The notes beneath the pieces are model-generated. The model saw only the letters and a program-made list of their open reading frames with translations, was not told the origin of the DNA and searched no databases. A DNA stretch of 63,346 bases, the filler included, from Bigelowiella natans CCMP2755 (lineage: Eukaryota; Protista; Cercozoa): the NCBI GenBank assembly GCA_000320545.1. It is 3 parts of 3 records of this genome, joined end to end, with 100 filler letters (N's around TTAATTAATTAA, not from the genome) between each part and the next. Parts side by side here need not be neighbours in the genome. Positions count along the whole stretch, not along the records: positions 1 to 29,507 come from ADNK01000896.1; positions 29,608 to 60,894 come from ADNK01002794.1; 1 more part is not named here. One strand, given 5' to 3'. Positions within the stretch are counted from its first letter, which is position 1. Each line of letters opens with the position of its first letter. Positions 28,701-41,099 of this stretch are shown in pieces. The position numbers and the translations under genes were made by a program.

Positions 28701-29507
28701 TGGCGTTGTGCGAGTGTGGAAGTGGTAGTACTACACCATACCAATCATAAAATTCAACGATTCCTTGCTCTCATATATCTTAATACTAGCAGCGTCTTCC
28801 TCTTTTTCTTCTTCTTCTTTCTCCACCACGATAGAGGTCGCCGCTAGAGCTACTTCCGGGTATTTATTGAATGAGCGTTCCTTTTGCCATACTGCGTGTG
28901 CGTGTTGCCTCTCGGCTAGGGTGAAAAGGGGCGGAGAGGTGGGGGGGGGGGGGGGGGGGGTGGGCATTGTCTCCTTAGTAGGGGAACCGAGGGGGGGGGA
29001 CGGGCCGCTGGCACAACAAAGGGGATAAAGAAGGGGTATGGGGGCGAATATGAAGACAACGATTGGAGAAGCTGGGGGTCCCCTGGGGCTTTTTTTCAAT
29101 ATAAAGCTTAATTCCCGCCCCCAGAAATTTTCCTGTCCCTTTCTCCCGCCGAGGGGTAAAGGAGATCGGAGGGAGGGCTCTTGAAAAGAAGAAAAAAAAG
29201 AAAATGAAGAAGAAAAATGCGAACAAGGGTAATCAAAATGAGTGCACCATTAATTATTCGCCCACATAAAAAAACACCCAAGAACACCACCCCAAACCGC
29301 GGGGTATCTTATGCTTTCATTGAACCCGCCTAGTTGACTATGTATTAGGCCGGGCCCATGCCTTCCTCTCCTCTACAAACCCATAGTCTATAGGCTCGCA
29401 TGTGCTATTGCAGTGCTGGCTGTGCGCCTAGAGGATGTGACCATTGCATGAACAATACGTCGTCGCACATTCAACATACAAACACTCATGAATGTGCTGT
29501 ACTCACA

Positions 29508-29607
29508 NNNNNNNNNNNNNNNNNNNNNNNNNNNNNNNNNNNNNNNNNNNNTTAATTAATTAANNNNNNNNNNNNNNNNNNNNNNNNNNNNNNNNNNNNN
29601 NNNNNNN
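29508..29607. other. Artificial assembly spacer (Ns with central TTAATTAATTAA six-frame stop linker)
   Basis: 100 nt, identical design to 60895-60994. Confidence 0.97.
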
Positions 29608-29949
29608 GAAATAACGAACAGAGAGGAGAGGGTGGGGGGGGGAGGAGAAAGGACATCGGAGGAAGCACGCAGAATAACATCAGAAGAGAGCATTCATGAT
29701 GGTAGCGGCTTTTGCTTATCGCCGCAGGTATTTTTGGAGGGTGCTGACTTCACTTGGCTGCTATGCATCTCTCTATGGGTAGAAATTAGTAGTAGTAGTG
29801 ATGATGATGATGATGATGATGATGGTGATGACAATAGCTGACTTTACTTGGCTGCTATGCATCTCTCTATGCAGTAGTAGTAGCAGTAGTAATGATGATA
29901 ATGGTGATGATGATGACAATGATGATGATGATGATGATGACGACAATAC

Positions 29950-30096
29950 TACCCCGAACCAAGCTGCTGGCGGGGTGTAAAAGACCGCCATTGTTATGGG
30001 CACGGTCAGCGTCGAGGCTGTATCTGCTAGCCCCTGGAATACACACACAGACACACGCACGCACAGCAGATCGGTTGCGCGAATGCATCCATGCGC

Positions 30097-30127
<31 letters not shown>

Positions 30128-30609
30128 TGTATGCGTGTGTTTGCGTATATTGATTTCTATTTATGCACATAGTCATTGATCTCCTTTATTTATGATCCTT
30201 ATTATTTTCATCGAGGTACGCCCTGCTCCCCCCCCCCGAGCAAGGAACCGAGTGCCGCATACCCCCCCCATGCCGCAATGAGGTAAGAGCCAAACGCCAG
30301 CATGTGCGGGGCCTCCTTGCCGCCTCCCGATGTAAGATCCATGAATCCGCTGATAATTGATGGAGATAAGGATGATGATGATCATGGTGCATGGTGGTGG
30401 TGGTGGTGGTGGTGATGGTGGTGGTGGTGATGGTGATGATGATGATGATGGTGATAAATTTCAGCTCGAGTTAATCAGAGGGAAGAGGTTTGGGGGGGGT
30501 GGGGACCTGATGAAATTCGGAAAAGGTAGGCGATTCTGCTGGATTTCATCGTGATATCCAGGGTAGTCCTGCGGTGTAGCATGTATACATATTATGATAT
30601 ATATACATA

Positions 30610-30645
<36 letters not shown>

Positions 30646-31260
30646 CGCGCGTGGCCATTCTTAAGAATAATAGTGGTGGAGCGATGATAATAATAATGAT
30701 GATGATGATTGATGATTGATGATTGATGATATCCATTGCCTGCAACGGTAGGATGAGGGGTGCGATGAGGAAGCCAGTAATAACCTAACAATTCATATCA
30801 TATCATCATCACCATCGTCATCATCCTCGTCGATGGCTATACCTCCAACTTGCATCCATAGTTATTATGCATATATAACGCACTAGAGTAAGTACTTGTA
30901 GACATTACTTGTGTACGTTCTTTCACCATCATCTTCCCTGTACTCATCTCTCTCCCTCTCTCTCTTTGTAAGATCCATATTTGTACTTATCCGCCCCCCC
31001 CTCCCCCCCCCCCCCAACTGCATACTTGCGAGAGCACGGTGATTGTGTGAAACTTCTTGATATCGAGCCTCTCATGCGCCAAAGTGCTACACAAAGCAAA
31101 ACAATGACAATAACACCAGTATGCGTGTTCTCAGAAACTACCCACGTGACTGTACGGCAATGCGAGCTTGCATAAGGATATATACATAATGTACATATTT
31201 CCTCCCATTCTCGCACCATCTTCTCTATTTGGCGTTGAAAAGGAAAGAACATGGAGACGT

Positions 31261-31292
<32 letters not shown>

Positions 31293-32142
31293 GCCGTGAT
31301 AAACCAAAAAAACAAAGGGAATCTATCTACTCGAGAAAGCATCGTTGCTTTCCACTTCTTCTTCTTCTTCTTCTTCAGTGCGCATCATTTTCGCTATTCG
31401 GGTTCATACGGGTAGTGACATTCTGGAAGACGGGGTGGGGGGGGGCGGGGAGGGGCACGCTTCTCACTACATCGATCGTCATCATCACCCTCATCATTCT
31501 ACTACCGCGTTCTTAGTAACTGGGAACCCGCCGCCGAACATGCTGCGAGCAACAAGAGCAGAATGTCGCGCTAACGAAGAAGGAGGAGGGGGGGGGGGGG
31601 GGGGGGGGGAAGGAGTAACGATCCAAAACGACAGGCAAATTACCTACCCGAATATGGGTAAACTAGCAGCTGTTCCATCATTCATTAGAACATACATATC
31701 CCCCTCCCCCCCCGTCTCATCCCCCAAACTACGCACTCTACCTTAACCAGAGAGAACTGAATCGAGCTTTCATCAGCGGAGCGACTCCCCGCACTCGCGA
31801 GTGCTGCGGCGATGCAACCGAACACGATCATAGCATGGGATATGAACGTATCTGGGGTGGGGCTGGCAAGGGACGATGAGGAGGGTGAGAAAGATGAGCG
31901 CTGCTGGCACCTTCCTCGATTGCGTGGGAACCCCCTCCCATCAGCGTCGTCTCTGGCGTTGACGTTGCAGCTGAAATGCAGAAGGGGGAAGCGGGGGGGA
32001 GGGAGGGTTAGGATTAGTTGTTACTTAGTTTGGGTCGCTGCTGCTGTGCAACTCTACGTGTTTGTCTCAGGAGGTAAAGTGCTTTAATTCGATGTTCTTC
32101 CTTGGCTGACTTAATTCAAAATCGCACGGCGGAGACACGCAT

Positions 32143-32180
<38 letters not shown>

Positions 32181-33230
32181 GCGCACACACAGGATATGTC
32201 TAGATGCATTATTACACGTAGTCGAAGGTGTAAACTAGCGTGGGAACGATTTGTGGAATGAGGCATGATATGGGGCCAGGAGCATTACCTATCGTAAAGT
32301 CATGAGGTGAGAAGAAGACGACTTTAGAAGGAAAATATTGAAGAAGAAATCAACATCCCACTACGCACCTATCACTATGAATACCCTCATCACCGTCACT
32401 GTCATCATTATATCTCCTGCTTTTCCTCCTTCATCCCCCCCCCCCTTACCCTGCCCCACCTCCAAACACTCACAAACAAAACAAAACGACCCAGTCCAAC
32501 GAAGAGAAGCGACATGTAGACCGCATTCAGCATCCCTATACTTAGGAGACGCGCGTTAATGTGAGCTTTCCATGGCGCCTTCTCTGGCGAGAAGCCTCGA
32601 GGTGCGAATTCATCATCCAACATGTCCTCCCCCCCCCCCTCCTCATCATCGGAGACATCAGAGTAGTAAGGATTGATAGGGTTGGCAGCTCCCAGTCCTA
32701 GCCCCGCACCCCTACCCCCCCGAAGCCGCCTGCGGAGAACGCGAAGGCTTCGAATGCCTCGGAGGAAATCAGGGAGCAGGTTGAGAAGAGCGACGAGAAG
32801 CGACATGATAGACAGCATTTGCGACAGGAACCATCTGCACAACAACAAGACATATCATTCCCAAAACCACCATTCTCCAAAGGCGAAATACGGCGCGTTG
32901 ACGCGTCAGTGTGTGACCCCCAACGACTACCAACCCCTCATATTTGCTTTGGCCTAACGCTACGGCCAGAATCGGGACTCACGGGCACAAGCACAGCGAT
33001 CAAAACCGCAAAACCGCGAATGAATGGAATGGGGGGGTAAGAGATACCACCTATGGCTCATCATTCTACGCGCCAGTATCTTGCGCCCTACAGCCTCGAC
33101 GAGAGAAAATAGCGAGAGAACTAAAGCGCAAGGAAAGAAACGCGATGCTGTGCAGCAGCACATCGAAGACCGAGCTGAGGAGGAGGAGGAGGGTGCATCT
33201 GAACGATGATCATAAGGGTCAACCGACGAA
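29950..33230 (-). CDS. Probable multi-exon gene of unknown function
   Basis: Scattered short open segments between microsatellite-rich introns, including the hydrophobic plus acidic segment of ORF 32408-32848. No domain recognised. Confidence 0.25.
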
Positions 33231-34847
33231 GTTCATACTGTAGTTTCTCATTGGACACGCATAGGAATCACGTGCCAAAAGACCCAAAGAAGAATGTTTA
33301 TGGTTTAGGCTTGTAACATTTATTGTATTGTTGGTTGTTCGAGAGGAATGCGCTCACCCTCTGGGTCACCATGACCATACATGTACGAGAATCCTGGTGG
33401 GGAGGAAAGCAGCCCGGTGTTTTCATCCATGGTTCTTAATCACTTCCGCCTTCTCCCCCGTGCCTCAACGAGACAACTAGCAAACATGTATGAATAGTAA
33501 GTTGTCGACAAATTCACGTGCTTCAAAAATGAGTAAGTGCTAGGCAGATCAAGAGACGTATCATTACCCGTAAGAGTCCCTCTCCCGAATCAGCACCAAG
33601 GCTTCATGTACAATGCCAACTAGACCAACGAAAAGATGTAGATGAGAGAACAATTCTTGGAGACTAATCCCAGTTTTACGGAGCTAGACGTGGCGTATCA
33701 CTCGGGAGCAAAGACGAAAGCGGAAGGGGGCAAGGGAGGACGAAGGATTTTTTGTTTTGCTGGAAGAGTTCTTCGCGGCATCGTTACTGGTAATTGGGTG
33801 GCCTTTTTCACCTGAAATCCTAAAATATCTACCATTATATATGTTTTCCGCATGCCATTTGCAACTGTGCACACCTCCGAAGGCATGTCTTAGGGGAATA
33901 AATCAGTCGCCAAATCCTTCGAAATTCACCATGGAAATCTAGAATCATGAACTTCGCCATGCTTGGTTTATGGAATATTCTATGAGAGTTCCTCGAACAA
34001 ACACGCGTAATAAATCCGTGTACCCCAAATCAAGAACAACGGTCGGATCAAAAAGAATCTGTAAATTACCGCCACAGTGATTTTGGCAATTATACCAAAT
34101 AAGATAGAAAACGAATCGTAATTACCCGATACTTACAGAATATATAACAAATAATTCGGATACGCAATCCATATGTGTGCTGCTCGCTCGTAACAAAAGG
34201 GTAATAATTCTTAGTTTGAAAGCCCGGAAGTGATACATGGTATAAATAACAGGTGTTATGCTGGAATAAGTATAATTCCCGGTGTTAAAGCAGGTTTCCA
34301 GAGTTTGTAAACAAGAGTTATATCTGTACTTCAATTTGTTTACAATATGGCTTTTACCCAGTACTTGAAAATTAACGACATCGTGAATTCCGTAATTTTC
34401 CTGACTTGCTTAACGACTACCTATCGGTTGGTTTACATTTTCTCTCTTAAGAATCGGAATCTAGTTCTCAATGATGTCCTGAAGATCTACTCCGAGAGTC
34501 ACGTTGTTTTCTGTCAGAGATTTATAGCAGAATTATGTTACATGATTGTACAAAGACAATTATTTTATCATGCTAAGTGGCATAATACACCGTTAGTTAT
34601 ACTCATCAGAACAAAATTTCTAATCTGAATTATGGTTCTTTATTGATTTTAATAAACACGTTCCTACTGAAACAGTGTGGGAGATTCTTATTATGTCTGA
34701 GAAAATTGAATTTTATGTCATTATTAGGATAAAATAGCACGTATTTTGATATATCAAAGGTTTGTAATAGTTGAAATGAAATCTTAACTGTAACAACTCA
34801 ACAAACCAACTGCACCACCCGCACCCGCACTCCCTAATTTACACACA

Positions 34848-35504
34848 ATGTCCGACGGCCCTGACGCAAAGAGTAATACATCTCTGACTGTTACATGATT
34901 TCAACTTTTTCCCGGATTGATGGAAGAACATGATGCAGTGGACCCATGATCTATTATTTTCCGATGCATGGTTGTTTAGTTGACGTTTGACTTCTTACCT
35001 ACAGCTGTAAACGAATCTGGCATGAAGCAGCAGATCATTATTGCCGCAAAGGAATTTGTTGAAGTTGTTGATAAGAAAGTATCAGAAATTGCAGCAATCA
35101 AGAATGCTGCCGAAAAAGCTGGAACAAAGCCTGCCTACCTTGTCCTCGGAGGAGCTGGTTCTGTTCTTTTGGTCGTCATGATGATCATTGGTTTCAACGC
35201 TATTGTTAACATGATCTGCTACGGATACCCTGCTTACGCTGCTCTCAAGGCAATGCAACAGAAAGAAGATGCTTTCGAGCAGCAGAAGCAGTGGATTACT
35301 TACTTCATGATCTTTGGCTTCTTCAGCGTTGCCGAGTCTTTCTACCCTGCTCTTCTTACTGACGTCGCTTTTTATGTCCTGCTTAAGCTATTCTTCCTTG
35401 TTTGGTGCTTCCTTCCAATGAGCATGGGAGCTACTAAGTTGTACGATCTTGTCCTCGCCAAGGTTGGCGGACTTCTCGCTCCAAAGGCAGAGAAGGCAGA
35501 GTAA
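34848..35504 (+). CDS. REEP/YOP1/HVA22 (TB2/DP1) ER-shaping protein
   Basis: YPAYAALKA, QWITYF, FFSVAES, YVLLKLFFLVWCFLP..GA..LY motifs; short exon 1 from ATG 34848 and intron ~34874-35004. Confidence 0.9.
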
Positions 35505-36406
35505 ATCGAATCTTATTAATAATATGTACCATACAGCATAAGAACTGCAAATATCGATGACGTAGGAACTTAAGAAGTTCCGCCAGTTTTAGAAAACAGC
35601 GGCCCTTCAAAATCGTGATCAATAGTGTAACTTTCCGCTGGGAACTTTACTTGAACAATGTAAAATCCTTTGAACTTTTTGTTTATCCATGTTTCTGCTA
35701 CCTGTAATCTCATTCGCTCGCAATGATTTATATTTTATGGTGATTAGCAATTGTGCTAACGATGTTCTGTTCTGATCGCTTAATAAAATGTGCTGTGAGC
35801 TACACAAAAGAAAGGAGTACGGCCCGTGCGATGCTAGGCCGATTGTGCCGCATCTCCACCAGGCTATAACAGACATATATGCACAGACGGCGTGCTAGCG
35901 TACATGCGTCAGACGACGACAACGATGCACTATTTTCGTTTTCGTAGCTACTAACGCCTGCTGCTTCTACTTGCTAGCTTGTTATTGTCCTTTCAATTCC
36001 ATCATGCTAACACTAGGGCACTCTAGCATAGCACTACTAGATGCATAGCTAGATAGAGCATGCATGCACCTGCGACAGCGCTGCTCCTCGCGCATTCGTT
36101 GTTATTTCTCTATTCCTGCCTAGCTAGCTAGCTAGCGCTAGCACACTGTCCACCATGTGGACATTTTTAGCTGCGGGATGCTGAGCCTTATTGTAATCAT
36201 TGCTAGATTGTTACATGCTGATGCCATATAACCATCATCGTTGTCATGTTTTCATTCTACTCATATGTTGTCTCTCCTCTAGGTCTAGAGGTGGAGGGTG
36301 ACAATATGCTCTAGTGCTAGCTAGCTAGCATGCTTAGCCAGCATGCTAGCATGTGGTAGCAATGGCTGTTACTTATGCTGCTTCTCCTCTGTGTTTTATT
36401 TTTCAT

Positions 36407-36973
36407 TTAATATTCTTCCATCAGCACGACAACCTTTCCGGGCCGCGGCGACACGGCGACGGAATCCCTAAACTCCCGTTTCGCCGCACTTAAAGTTGTC
36501 ACCTAAAAGTAAGGAACACACACACGGCAGCTTTGATGAGATTGAGAATCGAAAGGTTAACACGCGCCGCCCCCTCCATGGAGCGCCGCTTCAGCGCACA
36601 ACTGCTGCTATTTGCTGTGATGGGATTGGCAAGGGATTCTGAGTTCCGCTTAGTTTTATTCTGAGGGGCAACGGGCCGACCTTGGCAATGACAGGCTTAA
36701 TGGCCTTCGCGCCCAGCTTCTCCATCAGGTCCTTCAAGATGTGAAGGTATTTTCCATGCTGCTTCGGTGCCAATAGCCATGCATGCTCGAAGAGGAAGGC
36801 CACCGACGCCGATCGCATGAACAACTGAAAGCTCTCGCTCTCCGAGAGCTGCGGGCGGATTGGGTAGGAAGGAACAGCAACGACGGCGACGACACGCCCC
36901 ACATCCCGTATTACTTGCATTTGCTTGTGTTGTGGTCGCGGGAACGATGGAGAGCACATGTGAAAGATATAGC

Positions 36974-37021
<48 letters not shown>

Positions 37022-37825
37022 GAAGAGAATTGTGTAGTCTGTTACCTTGATAGCATTGGGGTTATTTGTTACCCACTTTCCGTGCACCGCTAATGACCTT
37101 ATGATCATCTCCTATGGATGATATGTTGTGGGAACACACTGCTGCGTAATGTTCTTGATGCTACTACTACTTCTACTACTACTGTGTACTTCGCCAATCA
37201 ATCTGTTTTCTATCCATCGTTTTTGTAAACATCATCATCATCATCTTATTTCATCGAACATTATACCATCACCATCATCACCATCATCACCACCATCATC
37301 ATCATCATCATCATCATCATCTTCACCATCATTTCGAACGTACTTTCGACACGTGGTACAACGAAGCGCTTTCTCCTTCCCCACTAAGTTACGAAATGAT
37401 GACGATGACGATGATGCCGACAATGATAGCGACGATGATGACGATGATGATACGAGGAGAAAAAGAAGGCTGGAGAGGAGTGGGGGTTGAAGCATACCAC
37501 CGCACTTAGTCACGAGTTAATTTCGAAAGATCATCCCCAAAACGCGACCTGTCATCATTCCCAGGGACATCGATACCGGCGCCTATCGAGCTCTCTAGCC
37601 TTCGCTCACGGTCACCACCACCACCACCATCCTCATCATGCTTGTCTTTCTCATCGTCTTTTCCTTTGCCTTTGTCCTCATCATCGTCCCGCACCCCAGC
37701 TATTCTTTTGTCTTTGTCCTTCTCATCGAAAGCTGAATAATCGCGTGCATAGTCGTCTCCTACTGCAGCAAAACAAACGTCAATCAGGGTGACGTATCAT
37801 TAAGTCGCAAAGGCGGGAGAAAGAA

Positions 37826-37869
<44 letters not shown>

Positions 37870-37894
37870 TATTGGTGGTTGTTTAAGTCCCATT

Positions 37895-37925
<31 letters not shown>

Positions 37926-40710
37926 GCGCGCGCGCACGCACACGCGCACGTACGTACACATGCACAATTCCCCCACAACAGATTTCTACACTAACCACAA
38001 TTAAAAAATAGACACTATGAACAAACATGTATATGACAAGTCTCCTATTCCGTGTGGGCATGGCTATCGACTACCGCACGTTCATCTTGAAGTGCCCCCC
38101 TTCCACGTGATACTGACCCCCCCCCTCCCCTTTTTACACCCCACCCAAAAGACCAACAACATACATACCCATATCCATTCCCCCTGCTCGTGCCTTCATC
38201 TTCTCCTTCTTTTCCTTATTATTTGTTTTATCGTCTATCGTCGTCGTCTTCTTCTTCCCCTCCATCTTAGTGGCCGCCGCTTGGGCAGGATGAAGATTAG
38301 CGTTGAAGTCAAAGAGGCCTTGGATGTCGAGAATGGCGTCGACGCCCAGCCCCCCCGTCTCTTTCATGATGCAAGCAACGACGGACTCCTCACGGGGATC
38401 GATCACGCGTGCTTATGGATGGGCGGGCAGACAACGGCAAACCGATGGAGATAAGGGGGGGGGGGAGGTGAGAGAAGAAGAATACCAAAGATTTAGATAC
38501 GGTGCGCGGGGTGTCATTATAATCGCCACATCACTACATTGCATGCGCCTTTGATAAGGATAAATGCTGCAGCCTACATAGTGTGCTGCATTCCTTCCTT
38601 TGCATCATTGTGTCCCCATTCAATTACTACGCGCTCTTGCCTCTGCGGCGTCACAGCATCGAGATTACCACCACCTACCTATCCTCATCTTCATCATCAT
38701 CGTCGTCGTCGTCGTCGGTCATCATCATCATCGTTTTGTGCGACTATTCATTTTCACTCAAGACTGACGCAGGGCAAGAGAAGCAGCAGCAGCAGCAGCA
38801 GCACCACCACCACCAACAATAACGAAAACAACAACAGATAGCAATGATAACAACCAAGATGAGGCGGTGGACGAACAAGGCACTCCAGCTCATCATCCAT
38901 AGCCGAAACCAGAATCACCTGATGGGGGAGGGGGGGGGGGCGGAGACCAAGGAAAGGACCATCGCCATTAGATTCCTTTCATCGTTAATTCTCTCCATTA
39001 AACGAAGAATCCGAGGCTATTTTACGATTTACTACTACTTCTTTGTATCATCTCTACTCCCCACCTTTATATCATGGAGCTGAGCTGTTATTTGGATAAA
39101 CAACGATGTCACAGCCTAGATAGGAGGTGCGCGGGGGGGGGGGGGAGAAGGAGAGCATGTGAGTACAGGGAAGAGGGGGGGGGGGAGGAGAGGGGTGGCC
39201 GAGGCGCTATTTCTCCAAATTCTATGTTGGAAGTAACAACATCCTTCTGCATTCGAGAACGGGGACGTTTGCAATGTACATATCTACGCACACGCACAGG
39301 CACAAACACACACACACACACCACTCCCGACGAGATGAGGCAGATAAATTGCGAGGGCTTGATATGCGCCAGATAGTGGAGCATGTGGTATATCTGAGCA
39401 CACACACACAGACACACGCGCGCGCGCGCGCGCACACACATATATATTAGAATATCAATATTTGTGGGTAGATATTCGAAAAACTGATCTCCTCCTCATC
39501 ATCCTACTTCTACACAACTTCCTTCCCGCCATCATGCCTTTCGCTGTTCCATGCGCACCTTGAGCCCGTCTAATAACACAGCTGCTGCATCTTGGAAGGA
39601 CACTCCCTCTCCCATCTTGACCACATTTATGTAGTTTATGCTAACGTACTCCGCGAGGCCTCCTTGTTGCTTGTCGATGGGAAGGATCGCTGAAAATACA
39701 CCCGCGTTTAAGCCCCAACCCACTTCGGAGCGCAATGTGTCGTGTGTGGATCGCGGGCGAACGTGAAGTTCTGGTGAATGAAATGCGCCATAATCTGAAA
39801 GTGTTTGTTCGATGTGGTAGTAACCTGCGACTTTATCGCCTTTCGATATCCCTTGTACGCTGGATCCTGTTCTTTCAACGACGCCGGATATCTGATATCT
39901 GGAAAGACCGCACACAACACTCAGGGGGGGGTCCGTGAATAATAAGAGGAGCACAAAGGCAAACCGATAGAAACACTGTAACGGCAGTGCTAGCGTCCAA
40001 GCAACACGAATGATGATGAAATATGAGATCATTATCATCGTACGGCAGGTAATTGACGTCATGTCGACCGACACGTTTAAAAATAGTAAGAGAATACAGC
40101 AAGTTGATAATCACAACATTAAAAGGTCACACGGCTCCTTCCTATCACTCTTACCCCGGTACGAGAGGCAGCTTTGTAAATGTCGCGTATTGGCCTTTCT
40201 TCACCTATTCAAAGGATTGCTTCTCTATTCATATCTTCCCTTCGTCAAACAGAACCCAATCGCTACCGATCCCATCCATTTAACAAAATTTCGTTCATCA
40301 TGCATTTTATTTTTTCCTTCTTTGTCAATAGATGAGGTGAGCAGGCAATCAGTCACACCTTGAGGTCGGTCTCGTCCAAGGCGCACGCGGCGATCTTAAT
40401 CAGCACATCGTGGGGTCGGCAAGTGGGTTTGCTCACCTGCGGAAAAGAGAGAGAGAGAGAGAGAAACAGCGAGGAAAGGGTTATTGCCCAAACCATTTAG
40501 CTGCACCCACTGTCCAGCGAAGCAACTCCTCCATTAGATGACAGGCGAAAGGCGCGGAGGTGTAGGTTTTGGAACACATCGCTCTCGACGTCGTCTGTGG
40601 TGTGCTCACAAATGCAACATTCTCCTAGGCCCCGTGCCTACTGCTCTTCTAACCTGTTTCGCGTAGTTGGCGGCCCCCCCCCCAAAGGAGTCGATGATCA
40701 CAGCCCGCAT
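36407..40710 (-). CDS. CRYZL1: Quinone oxidoreductase-like protein 1 (zeta-crystallin-like, MDR family)
   Basis: MRAVII start, DVLIKIAACAL, ISGVVERTG..GDKVAG, GGLAEYV, ETGGLGVDAILD, LFMRSASVAFL..QHGKYLHILKDLMEKL and terminal GKVVV; about 10 exons. Confidence 0.8.
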
Positions 40711-41099
40711 GCGAGGAGCAAGTTTCCGTACCCTCTGCCCGGTCGCGCAGCTGAGGTTGGGTTATTGAAGTTTGATATAGGAAGTATTTCATGCGGAAAA
40801 CATCTGAATTTAATATATAAATTTCACGAGATAGCAAGGAACAAATATGCACATGAACTATCTAAGAATATTGAACGTACAACGTGATTTACCTTGTCCC
40901 ATCCTCTGAAAATGTTTTCCAAACGAGGATCTCATTTGCCCAATTATCGAACTAATCACTTGCACTTTTGGACCAATTTTGCATTTTCCGGCAACAAAAT
41001 CATGGTGTTCATGTTCAGCGTTGAATGTTTGTCTTGCGCGTGCACCAAAGCTGAACGTTCAATGATCAATGCAAGTTGATTTGCATCAATCTAGCAATA

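Noticed and set aside
29508-29607. TTAATTAATTAA palindrome within Ns (also 60895-60994)
   Set aside because: Artificial contig linker; adjacency across it is not guaranteed.
29742-29880. ~35-bp direct duplication flanked by triplet repeats
   Set aside because: Short local duplication next to a gap; no function supportable.
21000-32500. Numerous poly-amino-acid ORFs from (TA)n, (CA)n, (GA)n and triplet tracts
   Set aside because: Intronic/intergenic microsatellites typical of the whole window.
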